This document shows, one piece after another, positions 1-9,843 of a stretch of 64,000 nt of DNA (position 1 is the stretch's first letter; the number at the start of each line of letters is the position of its first letter). The translations under genes and the position numbers were made by a program. The stretch lies in the IMG/VR virus record IMGVR_UViG_3300046517_002304, positions 248,001 through 312,000 of that record. One strand, written 5' to 3'. The notes beneath the pieces were generated by a model. That model made no database searches. It saw only the letters and a list, made by a program, of their open reading frames with translations, and was not told where the DNA came from.

Positions 1-115
1 CTTCTTTCCAATCCATAGTCCAATTACCGGCTATATGTTTGGAAAAAGCTTGCTTAAAATCATTGGCTAAATTAGATAATGATTGGCTATGCTCAACAAA
101 TAGTTTAAACTTCAT
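1..115 (-). CDS. Partial gene running off window edge (MKFKLFVEHSQ...), putative late/virion-internal protein
   Basis: ATG at 115, open to edge; TAAATA 4 nt upstream. Confidence 0.6.
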   Translation of the reverse strand, partial: MKFKLFVEHSQSLSNLANDFKQAFSKHIAGNWTMDWKE

Positions 116-129
116 ATACTATTTAGAAG

Positions 130-381
130 TTAATATCCGTAATCTTCGGAATAATCGCCGTCCATAGGATCAATTATAACGTCAGCATCATAGGCCCACT
201 TAGATAATAGCCTAGATACTTCTTCATAATTCCAGAAGCAGCTTACCATAATTGGACTTTCTTCCCCACAGCTCGGGCCAAATGATCTAATAATGCTTAT
301 AATTTCACTATCCCATTCACCGGAGGTCCATCTAATATGATAATCGTAAAGTCCAACTCCGCTGAAGTCAAATAGTTTCAT
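130..381 (-). CDS. Hypothetical protein
   Basis: 83-aa ORF. Confidence 0.55.
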   Translation of the reverse strand: MKLFDFSGVGLYDYHIRWTSGEWDSEIISIIRSFGPSCGEESPIMVSCFWNYEEVSRLLSKWAYDADVIIDPMDGDYSEDYGY

Positions 382-422
382 CTGGTAAATCTCTTATTAA
401 AAATCCACTAATATATATTAGT

Positions 423-1622
423 ATGCGATTTTCTCAATTCTTGACAGAAATTAGGACTCCTCCACATATGCCTCTGAAGTATTTCAGAGATAAGCTGGCC
501 AGCATTTCTGCTATAGAGCAAAATCTGAGTGAATTTGTTTTAAACTATGAAAAATTTCAAGATATTTTATATGATTTCAATGGTACTTCCAACTATTACA
601 GAATCCGCTTACCATGGGAAATTGGAGAAAAATTAGGCAAAAATACATCATATAAAGATTCATTTTCAGAGCCGATAAGAAGACTATTTCAATATTTAGA
701 GTTTGATAATCCTCACGGTTGGGAAAAATTTCTGCCAAACATTCTTCCGTTCGGAGAAGAAGGATATCAAGCTTTTATTACAAAGCATCAAAAGACATTG
801 AGGAAAATGACTCAATTTATAAAAGCTGCGCCTGATTTAGTTAATGAAATAAAAAGTGTTGCTGAATATTTGCAGGGTGGAAATCAAGCCGAGCCAGGAG
901 CGCCGACTTTAGCAGAGGCAGTAGGGTACGTGAATTACATTGCCAATGGATATCAAAATATAATGAAGTTGCTAAAAGAAGTTTTTGATCTTGAACATAA
1001 ATTAAAAGCGTATATGGAAAGAATACAACTTAATAAAGAGAGACAGTGGAACAGCACCGGAGAAGATATCAAGCCGAAACACGAAGGCACAGAAACATTA
1101 TATCATGCTACAATTGCCGCAGATGCTATTATAAACGGCGGATTTAAAACAAGAGCAGAATTAGGCCATAACGGAGCCTTAGGTGGTGGGCCGAGTGATG
1201 TAGTAAGTTTTACCGCCGACCTAAGAATAGCTAAAGAAATAAGCAAGAACCTAAGAATTGTAGTCAGAATAGCCAAAGGATTAATTAAACCAGAAGAAAT
1301 ACTAAAAATGGCCGCAGACGATAATGTTGACATTAGTAGATTTGACGCTCCCCGTAGTTATGCTCGCCATAAGACAGATGATCCAAAGATGACCTATGAG
1401 TTATTCAGAAGCTTTTTAGCACAGGCACATTTTGATAACAAGCATTATGACCCGTTATTCTTCGACGTATCTTTAGATGATTTGAAAAATGTAGATGAAC
1501 GACAAATTGGCGTACTAGCTTGTAAGGTTGATATGAGCCAAGTGAAAGATTATCTCACATCTATGGAAGAGTATAGAGCGCCGCCTAGTGCAGTTTTAGG
1601 TGTTAGAAAGGCTATAGGATAA
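423..1622 (+). CDS. Putative virion-internal protein with C-terminal ADP-ribosyltransferase-like domain
   Basis: N-terminal MRFSQFLTE; C-terminal LYHAT...VSFT...EEY pattern typical of ART folds. Confidence 0.55.
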   Translation: MRFSQFLTEIRTPPHMPLKYFRDKLASISAIEQNLSEFVLNYEKFQDILYDFNGTSNYYRIRLPWEIGEKLGKNTSYKDSFSEPIRRLFQYLEFDNPHGWEKFLPNILPFGEEGYQAFITKHQKTLRKMTQFIKAAPDLVNEIKSVAEYLQGGNQAEPGAPTLAEAVGYVNYIANGYQNIMKLLKEVFDLEHKLKAYMERIQLNKERQWNSTGEDIKPKHEGTETLYHATIAADAIINGGFKTRAELGHNGALGGGPSDVVSFTADLRIAKEISKNLRIVVRIAKGLIKPEEILKMAADDNVDISRFDAPRSYARHKTDDPKMTYELFRSFLAQAHFDNKHYDPLFFDVSLDDLKNVDERQIGVLACKVDMSQVKDYLTSMEEYRAPPSAVLGVRKAIG

Positions 1623-2311
1623 TGCCATTTAAAAATAAAAGACAAATCAAAGCATGCTTCGCAGCACATGACCCAAAATGGAATTGCGAAAAATGGCTTA
1701 AAGTAACACCTAAAAATATTCCAGAGTCATTGTCATTTAAACAATGGTTGGAAGGCAAACATTTAACAGAAGCTACTAAGGAAGATTTCTGGGAACTAGG
1801 CAATCTTCAAAGAGATAGACCAGAGCACGCCATGCTTCAAGTTCAATATGCTATGGGAGGCGGAGTTATGAATCCTGTCATAGAACATGTCGGCGATTTA
1901 ATTCACAGAATGACAGAGCGCCCTACTTGGAGCTATGCGGGATATGAGTATGTAAAAAATAAAGTAGAAAAAACTCTTAGGTGGCTTACAAATGGGTATG
2001 GGTTTGCCAAAGAATTCAGCGAAAATATAGCCAACAATGCTAGTTCAATGGGAATCCCAGCAGAACAACTACGTAGCAAAATATATCGCGCTATGGATGT
2101 ATATGCCGATGAGCATGCTAAATTACCTACTTATAATAGAGCGCAGAAGCTAGCGCAAATAGCAGCAGTATCTTTAGGTAGACGACAGTTTCATAAAACT
2201 GTCCAGGCACTTAAAATGCTACAATCACATCTTGGATCAATGCAAGAATGGATTAACTTTGCCCATCAAGGCGTCACTCAGAATGAACCAGTCGTAGCAC
2301 CATTGCCTTAG
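1622..2311 (+). CDS. Hypothetical protein (internal SFKQWLE motif)
   Basis: 229-aa ORF coupled to upstream stop (TAATG). Confidence 0.75.
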   Translation: MPFKNKRQIKACFAAHDPKWNCEKWLKVTPKNIPESLSFKQWLEGKHLTEATKEDFWELGNLQRDRPEHAMLQVQYAMGGGVMNPVIEHVGDLIHRMTERPTWSYAGYEYVKNKVEKTLRWLTNGYGFAKEFSENIANNASSMGIPAEQLRSKIYRAMDVYADEHAKLPTYNRAQKLAQIAAVSLGRRQFHKTVQALKMLQSHLGSMQEWINFAHQGVTQNEPVVAPLP

Positions 2312-2726
2312 GTGTGCGATATTCAAATAAACTGCCAACTCCCTTATATGGAGTGCCATTCCAATAATTAATTGCACATTCTTTGGCTTGATCAGGGTTA
2401 TCTATCCACTCATCAATTTCTGAATACCATCCCTCATCTGACGCCTCAACCCTACCAAGTGGCCTAACAAGGTATACAAAATCTAAATATCCGCCAGCAG
2501 AATCAATTTCGTCAATATCTGCTACCATATATACTGATTTTTTGCGGCTTAGCTTATCTTTTGGACGAACTAGCTCAAGAATATTTTCAGAGAACTGCAC
2601 TTCTGGATAACTAGTATATCCATCATTTTGTGGAGTTAAAATAAATCCATTAGGGAATTCCTTTCGGCTCCCATGATAAAGATTTTTAGGATTTAGATTC
2701 TCTAACCATAAACTGAAGGACTGCAT
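2274..2726 (-). CDS. Arr-like ADP-ribosyltransferase-fold protein
   Basis: LYHGS...SVYM...VYLVRPLG...EYR resembles Arr-type ARTs; N-terminal MQSFSLWLE; TAAATA upstream. Confidence 0.55.
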   Translation of the reverse strand: MQSFSLWLENLNPKNLYHGSRKEFPNGFILTPQNDGYTSYPEVQFSENILELVRPKDKLSRKKSVYMVADIDEIDSAGGYLDFVYLVRPLGRVEASDEGWYSEIDEWIDNPDQAKECAINYWNGTPYKGVGSLFEYRTPKAMVLRLVHSE

Positions 2727-2730
2727 TCAT

Positions 2731-2736
2731 TATTTA
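2731..2736 (-). promoter_or_regulatory. T4-like late promoter core TAAATA (also at 120-125 on -, 61335-61340 on +, TATATA at 412-417 on +)
   Basis: Same hexamer 4-5 nt before ATG of four genes with similar N-termini. Confidence 0.55.
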
Positions 2737-2994
2737 TGAGTCTGCTACCAAGTATCTGTCCACTTAGCAACCTTACCTGCTACCGCACCGATAATGATGC
2801 CTCCAACCATTACACCTAAGGCAACCACCATACATCCAAAAAAAACTAGTATTAAATCTAACATCGCTTTAACCTTTCAAAACCATTGTCCAGAAAAATA
2901 TTCCCCATCCGATAAACATAGCTAGTATAACCCATCCAGCAGGTAATACTTTATTCTTTTCTTCAGTCGTGTTTTTCATTTTTTATTTTCCTTG

Positions 2995-3303
2995 TTAATC
3001 ATTAAAACCAACTTGTTCTCTGTACTTAAAAATAAACTCACAAGCCTTGTCTATGCTGGTGCTTCCTACACCATTTGGCGCAGTTACACTTTCAGAATAC
3101 AGCACTTGTGCCGTACTGGCTCCATAAACTGTAATAAAAGAGCCATTAATGGTAAGGCTAACTCTCCCAGCTTCGGTAGAGCCGTCTTTTGTTTTAATTA
3201 CGTGAAGCGGCCAGAACGTTTCTGAATCTAGGTAAGCGACCTGATCGTAAGCATCTTTCCAGCATCTTTCCCCTGATACATTTATACTAACGCTAGCTTT
3301 CAT
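2995..3303 (-). CDS. MKAEVKI-family protein
   Basis: MKASVSINV...IFKYREQVGF. Confidence 0.8.
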   Translation of the reverse strand: MKASVSINVSGERCWKDAYDQVAYLDSETFWPLHVIKTKDGSTEAGRVSLTINGSFITVYGASTAQVLYSESVTAPNGVGSTSIDKACEFIFKYREQVGFND

Positions 3304-3305
3304 AA

Positions 3306-4139
3306 TTACTCGTCTTTCTTATCAGTACTCTTATACATTCGCTCGCCATTAATCCACCACTGCACATTTCCGCTGGCGAAAACAATAGCCGGGCCTTCTT
3401 CTCTATGCAGCTTACCTTCCCTAAACCAGAACATTTCTGCATCTGACGTAATAACAGCAGGGCCATTATCACGGTGCTGTATTCCATCTTTATACCAGTA
3501 TTGACTTCCGTCCGATGTTTGTATGGCAGGACCATTATTGCGATGTAGCTTCCCGTCTAAATACCATAATTGACTACCGTCTGGTGCCATTACAGCCGGC
3601 TTTCCTACTCGGTGATATTTTCCATTAACCCACCATTCTTTTCTTGATTTATATTCTTTTTCAGGCGTGGAACCATGAACCTCTTCAAAAATAATTCTTG
3701 CTGGACCATCTACTCTATGTCTCTCCCCTTCAGAAAACCATTCTTGGTCTCCATTATTACGAATAATGGCAGGCCCACCGTCTCTATGTAATCTTCCTTG
3801 TTTATACCAGCATTGATCGCCATTACTAAAAATCATCGCCGGACCATCTTCCCGATGGAGAAGACCATGTTGGAACCATTCGGCCGTATACCAATTATCT
3901 TGGTAAACGATTGCTGGACCAGAATCTCTATGATATGATCCATACTCGTCAAACCAACGTTCAGTGTTGCCATTTGAATCAGTCTTATACCGTGGAACAT
4001 TAGCGAAACCCCGAGCAACTCCATCAATCGCGGGGCGAGATACAAAATCTTCTCCACGTACAACTTTTGTCCAGATTAGGTATGACCCAAACCCCAGCAA
4101 AAGCAAAAACAACACACGCATTAAATTATTTTTACTCAT
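3306..4139 (-). CDS. Membrane-anchored HRxDGPA-repeat protein
   Basis: N-terminal hydrophobic segment; about 8 W..G..HR.DGPA repeats. Confidence 0.85.
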   Translation of the reverse strand: MSKNNLMRVLFLLLLGFGSYLIWTKVVRGEDFVSRPAIDGVARGFANVPRYKTDSNGNTERWFDEYGSYHRDSGPAIVYQDNWYTAEWFQHGLLHREDGPAMIFSNGDQCWYKQGRLHRDGGPAIIRNNGDQEWFSEGERHRVDGPARIIFEEVHGSTPEKEYKSRKEWWVNGKYHRVGKPAVMAPDGSQLWYLDGKLHRNNGPAIQTSDGSQYWYKDGIQHRDNGPAVITSDAEMFWFREGKLHREEGPAIVFASGNVQWWINGERMYKSTDKKDE

Positions 4140-4165
4140 TTTTTTCTCCTTGTTATTTTTTTCTT

Positions 4166-4396
4166 TCAGGTATTAATAAATTTTAAAACTTCAATAGCAA
4201 TCACGGCTACCCCAACGCCTATGAAGCACATTACTCCAAACATTAACATGACATATCTGGAGTTACTTCTATTTCCTGCCCGACACAGACCACAATCGTA
4301 TATCAATTCATGTCCGTCTATAATCATAGTTCGGCATGTTATATTATGCTTCTTACATTTATATCGGAAGATCAACGTCCTTACTTTAGCTTTCAT
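4166..4396 (-). CDS. MKA-start protein with Cys motifs and C-terminal TM helix
   Basis: CKKH...CGLC; hydrophobic tail. Confidence 0.7.
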   Translation of the reverse strand: MKAKVRTLIFRYKCKKHNITCRTMIIDGHELIYDCGLCRAGNRSNSRYVMLMFGVMCFIGVGVAVIAIEVLKFINT

Positions 4397-4706
4397 AATC
4401 GTCCTTGTATACTTTTCGGTAACGGTAAATAGTTGAGCGCATTTCCGTCAAAGTGTATTCCTTAAAAAACGCCGCACCAAAATCCTTCATCTTACCACTA
4501 CAAATTACACTTCCATCGTCTTTAAAAATAGTCAAAACACTGCTGGTCATTCCTCCTCCATTAGGCGGCACCACTCTACCGACTAATATAAGGTCTTTAT
4601 AAAAACGCTTTTCCAGCCTATTGTTAACCATATAAAAAGAAAGCGAATATTCGTATGTATTCTTTTTTTTCTCAGGCCCTACAGTAATTTTAACTTCAGC
4701 TTTCAT
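4386..4706 (-). CDS. MKAEVKI-family protein
   Basis: MKAEVKITVG. Confidence 0.85.
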   Translation of the reverse strand: MKAEVKITVGPEKKKNTYEYSLSFYMVNNRLEKRFYKDLILVGRVVPPNGGGMTSSVLTIFKDDGSVICSGKMKDFGAAFFKEYTLTEMRSTIYRYRKVYKDDYES

Positions 4707-4978
4707 TTGTTTAATCCATATGCGTTACGATAATAATATACTTCATGTCCAGCGATATCATTAGATTCATCAGACATTTCATACTTAAATGGACGATATG
4801 AGTATGACGCGCCAGAATTATCCTGATAAATATACAATCTTTTCTGGGAATAAACAACATACCCAACACAGTAATTGCCTGGAGTGTAAATGTATACAAT
4901 GCTATACAAATCACCGCTGGGTATAAAATGATATGGGTGTTCTTTAAAACGAATCTTATAATCAACAATGGCCTTCAT
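4703..4978 (-). CDS. MKAEVKI-family protein
   Basis: MKAIV...HPY...YYYRNAYGL. Confidence 0.8.
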   Translation of the reverse strand: MKAIVDYKIRFKEHPYHFIPSGDLYSIVYIYTPGNYCVGYVVYSQKRLYIYQDNSGASYSYRPFKYEMSDESNDIAGHEVYYYRNAYGLNK

Positions 4979-5253
4979 TCCATTCCCTTGCCAGTCCGAT
5001 ATTCATGTAACGCAATACCAAAGGCATCATCGCTAGAATACCATTTTTTAAAAACACCTTTGTTTACCGCAAATCCATCTCCTGTTTCGCCATAAACAAC
5101 AACTAAGCCGTCAAGATCAAACCTCACGCCTACTTTATGATTATTATCATCACGGTAAATCGTACAATATGGCATGCCACTACCATAACATACTTTTTTT
5201 ATCGCATATGGATGTTCGATATTTACTTCTTTTATAATTACTTCAGCCTTCAT
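4975..5253 (-). CDS. MKAEVKI-family protein
   Basis: MKAEVII...LHEYRTGKGME. Confidence 0.85.
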   Translation of the reverse strand: MKAEVIIKEVNIEHPYAIKKVCYGSGMPYCTIYRDDNNHKVGVRFDLDGLVVVYGETGDGFAVNKGVFKKWYSSDDAFGIALHEYRTGKGME

Positions 5254-5516
5254 ACATGCCCCAATTCTCTGAAACGAGTTTCATGAACATATTTCACTAT
5301 TTCATACAAAGCCTCATTAGGGTCAATAGTACGCAGTATATCACGATGATGATTTAAACAAGCATGAACGCGAACAGTGTTGTCAGACCAGTTAATCAAA
5401 CCTGCCAATCCACCATCCTGTAAAGATACTCTAATCATCTGATATGAAATATATTTCAGTCTATAGCCGAACATATCCGGCAACACTTCCAATTCAAATG
5501 AGTAAGGCTTAGTCAT
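5250..5516 (-). CDS. Hypothetical protein within array
   Basis: ATGA-coupled at both ends. Confidence 0.75.
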   Translation of the reverse strand: MTKPYSFELEVLPDMFGYRLKYISYQMIRVSLQDGGLAGLINWSDNTVRVHACLNHHRDILRTIDPNEALYEIVKYVHETRFRELGHV

Positions 5517-5779
5517 TCGTATCCCATCAACTTTCTTAGTTCGTGAATCCTAATGGCAATCTGATCGTCGGTTTCATTTTTACTAATACCAATATCACAA
5601 GTATTCTGAGAATTGTTATTAAAAACACTAGCCTCATCGCGCCTACGATTAATATACCCAACAAAAAATGTATTATCGCTATTCCTTAAGTCCGATCCAT
5701 AGAATGTCTTTTTAAGAGTATAAGGATGACTATTATTTTTTTCCTCAGACCCTAAAGTAATTTTAACTTCAGCTTTCAT
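5513..5779 (-). CDS. MKAEVKI-family protein
   Basis: MKAEVKITLG...IHELRKLMGYE. Confidence 0.85.
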   Translation of the reverse strand: MKAEVKITLGSEEKNNSHPYTLKKTFYGSDLRNSDNTFFVGYINRRRDEASVFNNNSQNTCDIGISKNETDDQIAIRIHELRKLMGYE

Positions 5780-6045
5780 TCCAACCCCTTTGATTTACGA
5801 TATTCGTGTAGAGCAATGCCGAAAGCATTATTACTATCATAATGTTTGTTAAAGCCTATTGCTTCAGAAGTTATATCATTATGATTGTAGAACATCACGC
5901 TACCGTCACCATGAAATCTAACGCCTATAGGGTTATCGTTGTTATCTTTCCAAACCGTATAATGATTACCGCCCAAAACATAAACTTTTTCTGTTTTGTA
6001 AATGATGTTATTTGCTAACTCTCTTACGGTAACTTCAGCTTTCAT
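5776..6045 (-). CDS. MKAEVKI-family protein
   Basis: MKAEVTV...LHEYRKSKGLE. Confidence 0.85.
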   Translation of the reverse strand: MKAEVTVRELANNIIYKTEKVYVLGGNHYTVWKDNNDNPIGVRFHGDGSVMFYNHNDITSEAIGFNKHYDSNNAFGIALHEYRKSKGLE

Positions 6046-6320
6046 TAGTTTCTCCCCAAATAATACTTGCGATAAAGATTTACCTTAAACAAACATGCTT
6101 CTGGCGTAATCCCATCAGGAAGATCAATAGTAGTTACACGCTTCTCCGCTACTTCATCATATATTGAAATTGTGCAATCGGTTAAATTAATAGCAGCAAC
6201 TCTTCCAAGGTTTTTGGCGAAAGGAATCAATAAATAAACAGCACCTTTGGTTGCAGTGGAGTTCCAGTGTATCCGATAAGGCGAATCTTCAACCATTGAT
6301 ATTTTGACTTCAGCTTTCAT
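6045..6320 (-). CDS. MKAEVKI-family protein
   Basis: Start moved to MKAEVKIS (ATGA overlap). Confidence 0.8.
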   Translation of the reverse strand: MKAEVKISMVEDSPYRIHWNSTATKGAVYLLIPFAKNLGRVAAINLTDCTISIYDEVAEKRVTTIDLPDGITPEACLFKVNLYRKYYLGRN

Positions 6321-6604
6321 TCCCATCCCTTTGATTTACGATATTCGTGTACTATCTGGCCAAATTCATCATCACTAGTGTATTGATTAATAGGTAGATT
6401 TAATTCACCATAGTCAAAAGTATTTCCATTTTTATTATAGACAGCAAAACTTTTAGCATTATCATTACTCTCCGCAAACCTAAGAGCGGCTTTATGATTA
6501 TTACCACAGATATAAAGCGTATAATATAACGAACCATTATCGTGGTGCGTTTTCTCAATCTTATATGGGTTACTACAAACAGATACCTTAACAGTTGCTT
6601 TCAT
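6317..6604 (-). CDS. MKAEVKI-family protein
   Basis: MKATVKV...VHEYRKSKGWE. Confidence 0.85.
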   Translation of the reverse strand: MKATVKVSVCSNPYKIEKTHHDNGSLYYTLYICGNNHKAALRFAESNDNAKSFAVYNKNGNTFDYGELNLPINQYTSDDEFGQIVHEYRKSKGWE

Positions 6605-6855
6605 TCGTACCCTTGTTCTTTTCTAAACTCATAAATCCTATGAGCTACTTCATCATTCGTCTCATTTACCAAAGTCATAAACTTAGAAGCAGTCTGACCG
6701 TGTAGATCAAACGCCACTATCGTATTTTGAGGACGATTTACATACCCAACAAAACCATTAGCATTACGAAAGTCCATTCCATATGCCGTAGAATGAAGCG
6801 TGTAAGGGTGCTTGTTAGACCTAGACCCTACAGTAATTTTAACACTAGCCTTCAT
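6601..6855 (-). CDS. MKAEVKI-family protein
   Basis: MKASVKI...IYEFRKEQGYE. Confidence 0.85.
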   Translation of the reverse strand: MKASVKITVGSRSNKHPYTLHSTAYGMDFRNANGFVGYVNRPQNTIVAFDLHGQTASKFMTLVNETNDEVAHRIYEFRKEQGYE

Positions 6856-7118
6856 TCGTATCCCTGTTCTTTCCTAATCTCATAAATCCTACAGGCTGCT
6901 TCGTTATTAGACTCGTAAAGAGAGAGAGGAAAACTAGCAAGAACAACACCATTATTATAAACAAATACAGTGTGATTTGAGCGATCTATCACACCAACCG
7001 TTTTCTCAAAACCATGCTGGTCTATTACAAATGTACTCTGAGTGCCTTCAGACATGCTATAAGGGTGGCTATTATTTTTTTTCTCAGGCCCCAAAGAGAT
7101 TTTAACAGTTGCTTTCAC
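6852..7118 (-). CDS. MKAEVKI-family protein (GTG start)
   Basis: GTGA overlap; (M)KATVKI...IYEIRKEQGYE. Confidence 0.8.
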   Translation of the reverse strand: MKATVKISLGPEKKNNSHPYSMSEGTQSTFVIDQHGFEKTVGVIDRSNHTVFVYNNGVVLASFPLSLYESNNEAACRIYEIRKEQGYE

Positions 7119-7387
7119 GTAGGCCACCCTTTACTTAAACGAAATTCATAGATTCTCTTAGCCACTTCTTCTAACATCTCCTCGTCTTTACCCGATTCTA
7201 CTGTAGTTAAGTGGTCTATACCATTAAAGGCTTTATTATAAATATTCATGTAAGAGTCACCAACATTCATCTTTCCAACAACTACATTCCCTGTAAAAGG
7301 TTTCTCCCAAAAAATATAATATCTACCATCCATAGTCCCAATCCAATAAGGATGCCCGCCAACAGTTATTTTAACTTCAGCTTTCAT
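7115..7387 (-). CDS. MKAEVKI-family protein
   Basis: MKAEVKITVGGHPY...IYEFRLSKGW. Confidence 0.85.
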   Translation of the reverse strand: MKAEVKITVGGHPYWIGTMDGRYYIFWEKPFTGNVVVGKMNVGDSYMNIYNKAFNGIDHLTTVESGKDEEMLEEVAKRIYEFRLSKGWPT

Positions 7388-7659
7388 GTTTCCCATCCAC
7401 TATACAAGCGAAATTCATAAATTCTCTTAGCAGCATTTTCTAAAGATTCCGGTGTAGCTTTTCCATCTATCCAGTCATGATGATGCACTCCGTTAAAACT
7501 CTTATTATAAACGGACACATACTTTTCATCCTTAGCCCATCTTCCTACAACCTTCGATGGATATACTCCTTTAAGCTTAACCATAATATAAGTATACCCA
7601 AATCCTTTAGAGAAATAGTAAGGATGCCCACCAACTGTAATTTTAACTTCTGCTTTCAT
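7384..7659 (-). CDS. MKAEVKI-family protein
   Basis: MKAEVKITVGGHPY...IYEFRLYSGW; close paralog of neighbour. Confidence 0.85.
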   Translation of the reverse strand: MKAEVKITVGGHPYYFSKGFGYTYIMVKLKGVYPSKVVGRWAKDEKYVSVYNKSFNGVHHHDWIDGKATPESLENAAKRIYEFRLYSGWET

Positions 7660-7898
7660 AGGTCGTGATTTTCCACATAACTGGCAATTACTGATGCTAC
7701 CTTTTTCAAATTTTTCGTCTCATAAACAGCATTAAATACCTGCATTCCCTTTTTATCAAATATTTCTAACGTACCGCTCTCGGTCAAAAACCTAGCAACC
7801 ATCGTATAATGGTCATAAAAATAATCCCATCCATAACAATGCATAATACGATAGTCCCCAATCATACTATAAACAATTATAGAAGATAATGCCTTCAT
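7656..7898 (-). CDS. MKA-start array protein
   Basis: MKALSS; coupled to downstream gene. Confidence 0.75.
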   Translation of the reverse strand: MKALSSIIVYSMIGDYRIMHCYGWDYFYDHYTMVARFLTESGTLEIFDKKGMQVFNAVYETKNLKKVASVIASYVENHDL

Positions 7899-7926
7899 AG
7901 GAATCCCTTAATATCCTTTAGAAAAA

Positions 7927-8217
7927 TCATTCCGTCCCAAAAAACTGTTTTCGGGAAGACCAAATTTGTTCGGCAACCTGATCCCTGGTCATATTCTCAT
8001 GACAACTAAAAGTAAATAAAGGACTACATTTATTATCATAAACAACAAATTTCTTACATGATTTAGACTTACTGTCATAGCTCATTGCGCCTACATCACG
8101 AAGTAATTTATAACTATAAACCCTATAATTAAAATCCCAGTCAAGCGCCGTCATGTGAATGCTATATGGATGATCACCTTCTGGTTTATTCACAGATAAT
8201 TTTACTTCAGCTTTCAC
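7927..8217 (-). CDS. MKAEVKI-family protein (GTG start)
   Basis: KAEVKLSV...HPY. Confidence 0.8.
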   Translation of the reverse strand: MKAEVKLSVNKPEGDHPYSIHMTALDWDFNYRVYSYKLLRDVGAMSYDSKSKSCKKFVVYDNKCSPLFTFSCHENMTRDQVAEQIWSSRKQFFGTE

Positions 8218-8477
8218 GCATCACCATTTATTCTTTGTAGTTCTGCGGCTAAGTCATTAGCGTCCCAATATTTTTGACTATAAGTACCAACAATTATTTG
8301 CAATCCTGATAAAGATACATCGTACCGTTCAAGGATATAGACACCAAGATTATTATCTCTAATCCTTCCCTTCTTCTCGCTAAAACCAGAGAAAACATTA
8401 TAATAACCATTGCCAATGTATACCGCATAATACAAAGGCTGGTGATTAATCTTCCAATCTGATAATATTGCTTTCAT
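8214..8477 (-). CDS. MKA-start array protein
   Basis: MKAILS; coupled. Confidence 0.75.
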   Translation of the reverse strand: MKAILSDWKINHQPLYYAVYIGNGYYNVFSGFSEKKGRIRDNNLGVYILERYDVSLSGLQIIVGTYSQKYWDANDLAAELQRINGDA

Positions 8478-8782
8478 ATATGTCCTAATTCCATCATTCT
8501 TTTAGCAAGAATAAATGTAAAAGACTCATACTCATTTGGCAAATATTCCCCTTCCCAAATTGTATTAACTTGATCATCAAACACTCTCATTACATTACTA
8601 TTTCCATCACAGGCACCAATGCTATAATAAGCGCCTTCTTCAGTAATCCTAGCAAATGAATAAAACTTCTTATTAAGATGTTTATACATTATAAAAGGAT
8701 GATATTTTGACGAACTGATAACATCGTATTCAATATATTTTGGAAATTTAAATACAACATCAATACTAACATTGGCTTTCAT
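8474..8782 (-). CDS. MKAEVKI-family protein
   Basis: MKANVSI. Confidence 0.75.
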   Translation of the reverse strand: MKANVSIDVVFKFPKYIEYDVISSSKYHPFIMYKHLNKKFYSFARITEEGAYYSIGACDGNSNVMRVFDDQVNTIWEGEYLPNEYESFTFILAKRMMELGHI

Positions 8783-9059
8783 GTTTACACCCAAATGCCT
8801 TACGTTTTTTGTAAATATGCTCTTCTATTTCTTCTTTACTCATAGCCTTATAATCACTTATAGATAACGTTTTAGATCCAACTCCTTTATTGGCATATAC
8901 TCTTAAGTCACGGATATATCCTGTACTGTTTGGCTTTTGATAACCACATACCAATTCGTTAGTGCTCTCAAGATAAGCGGCTATTCTTCCTAAAGTTGGA
9001 CTATCCCTAAAGACATAACCGTATCGGCTACCAAGACTAAGTTTAACTTCTGCCTTCAT
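8766..9059 (-). CDS. MKAEVKI-family protein
   Basis: MKAEVKLSLG. Confidence 0.8.
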   Translation of the reverse strand: MKAEVKLSLGSRYGYVFRDSPTLGRIAAYLESTNELVCGYQKPNSTGYIRDLRVYANKGVGSKTLSISDYKAMSKEEIEEHIYKKRKAFGCKHESQC

Positions 9060-9340
9060 TGTTTTAACCAATCTCTCTTTAATAATTCATTATGAACATA
9101 GTGAATTAAATGATCATGATTCGCAAATTTAGGAATTCCGTTGATTACTATATACTGCATATTATTAGGATCAGTTGAGCCATATAAACAGATTTGTTCC
9201 GAACCACATAAATGAACTGCTACTAGATTACCCATTACCCAAGGAGGTTGACCTACGTGAACATGTGTCTCTAAAGGAAGCACATCCTGAGCACAATAAT
9301 CAAATATCTTGTTTACTTCTATTTTAACTTCGGCTTTCAT
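9056..9340 (-). CDS. MKAEVKI-family protein
   Basis: MKAEVKIEV. Confidence 0.85.
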   Translation of the reverse strand: MKAEVKIEVNKIFDYCAQDVLPLETHVHVGQPPWVMGNLVAVHLCGSEQICLYGSTDPNNMQYIVINGIPKFANHDHLIHYVHNELLKRDWLKQ

Positions 9341-9597
9341 GGTTTCTCCAATCCAACCGAGATTCTGTATTCATGTAGCTTAGCTCCTACTGCTTCTAAA
9401 TCATCACCTTTTATACTAAGATAAATCGGAAGGCTATTATCTGATTGAATAACAGCCAACATTTTCTTATTCACGTAATACTTGCCAACTATTGCCATAC
9501 CATCTTGAGATATAAACCATTTCTCGTTATTTTTAAGATGATAAATTACATATGGATTATCATTGTTAACAATGGATATTTTAACCGAAGCTTTCAT
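9337..9597 (-). CDS. MKAEVKI-family protein
   Basis: MKASVKIS...LHEYRISVGLE. Confidence 0.85.
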   Translation of the reverse strand: MKASVKISIVNNDNPYVIYHLKNNEKWFISQDGMAIVGKYYVNKKMLAVIQSDNSLPIYLSIKGDDLEAVGAKLHEYRISVGLEKP

Positions 9598-9843
9598 TCT
9601 AATCCCTTTTTCATACGAAACTCATAAATGAACTCAGCTATTTCATCTAAATCACTCATATGAGGAGACAAATACACCGTCTCCCCCATTCCAACGTCAA
9701 CCTGTAGTGAGTTGTTTTCTTTTTTATACATGGCAACAACATGATGTCCACCAGGTTTGCAGAAATAAGTTCCGCCATCATATTGATAATACCAATATCG
9801 CGGTTCTTTTTTTTTCAAGAAAAACTTTTACTTCAGCTTTCAT
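9594..9843 (-). pseudogene. MKAEVKI-family gene frameshifted in an A9 run
   Basis: ATG 9843 MKAEVKVFLE; removing one A of the run at 9807-9815 restores the frame to IYEFRMKKGLE. Confidence 0.75.
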
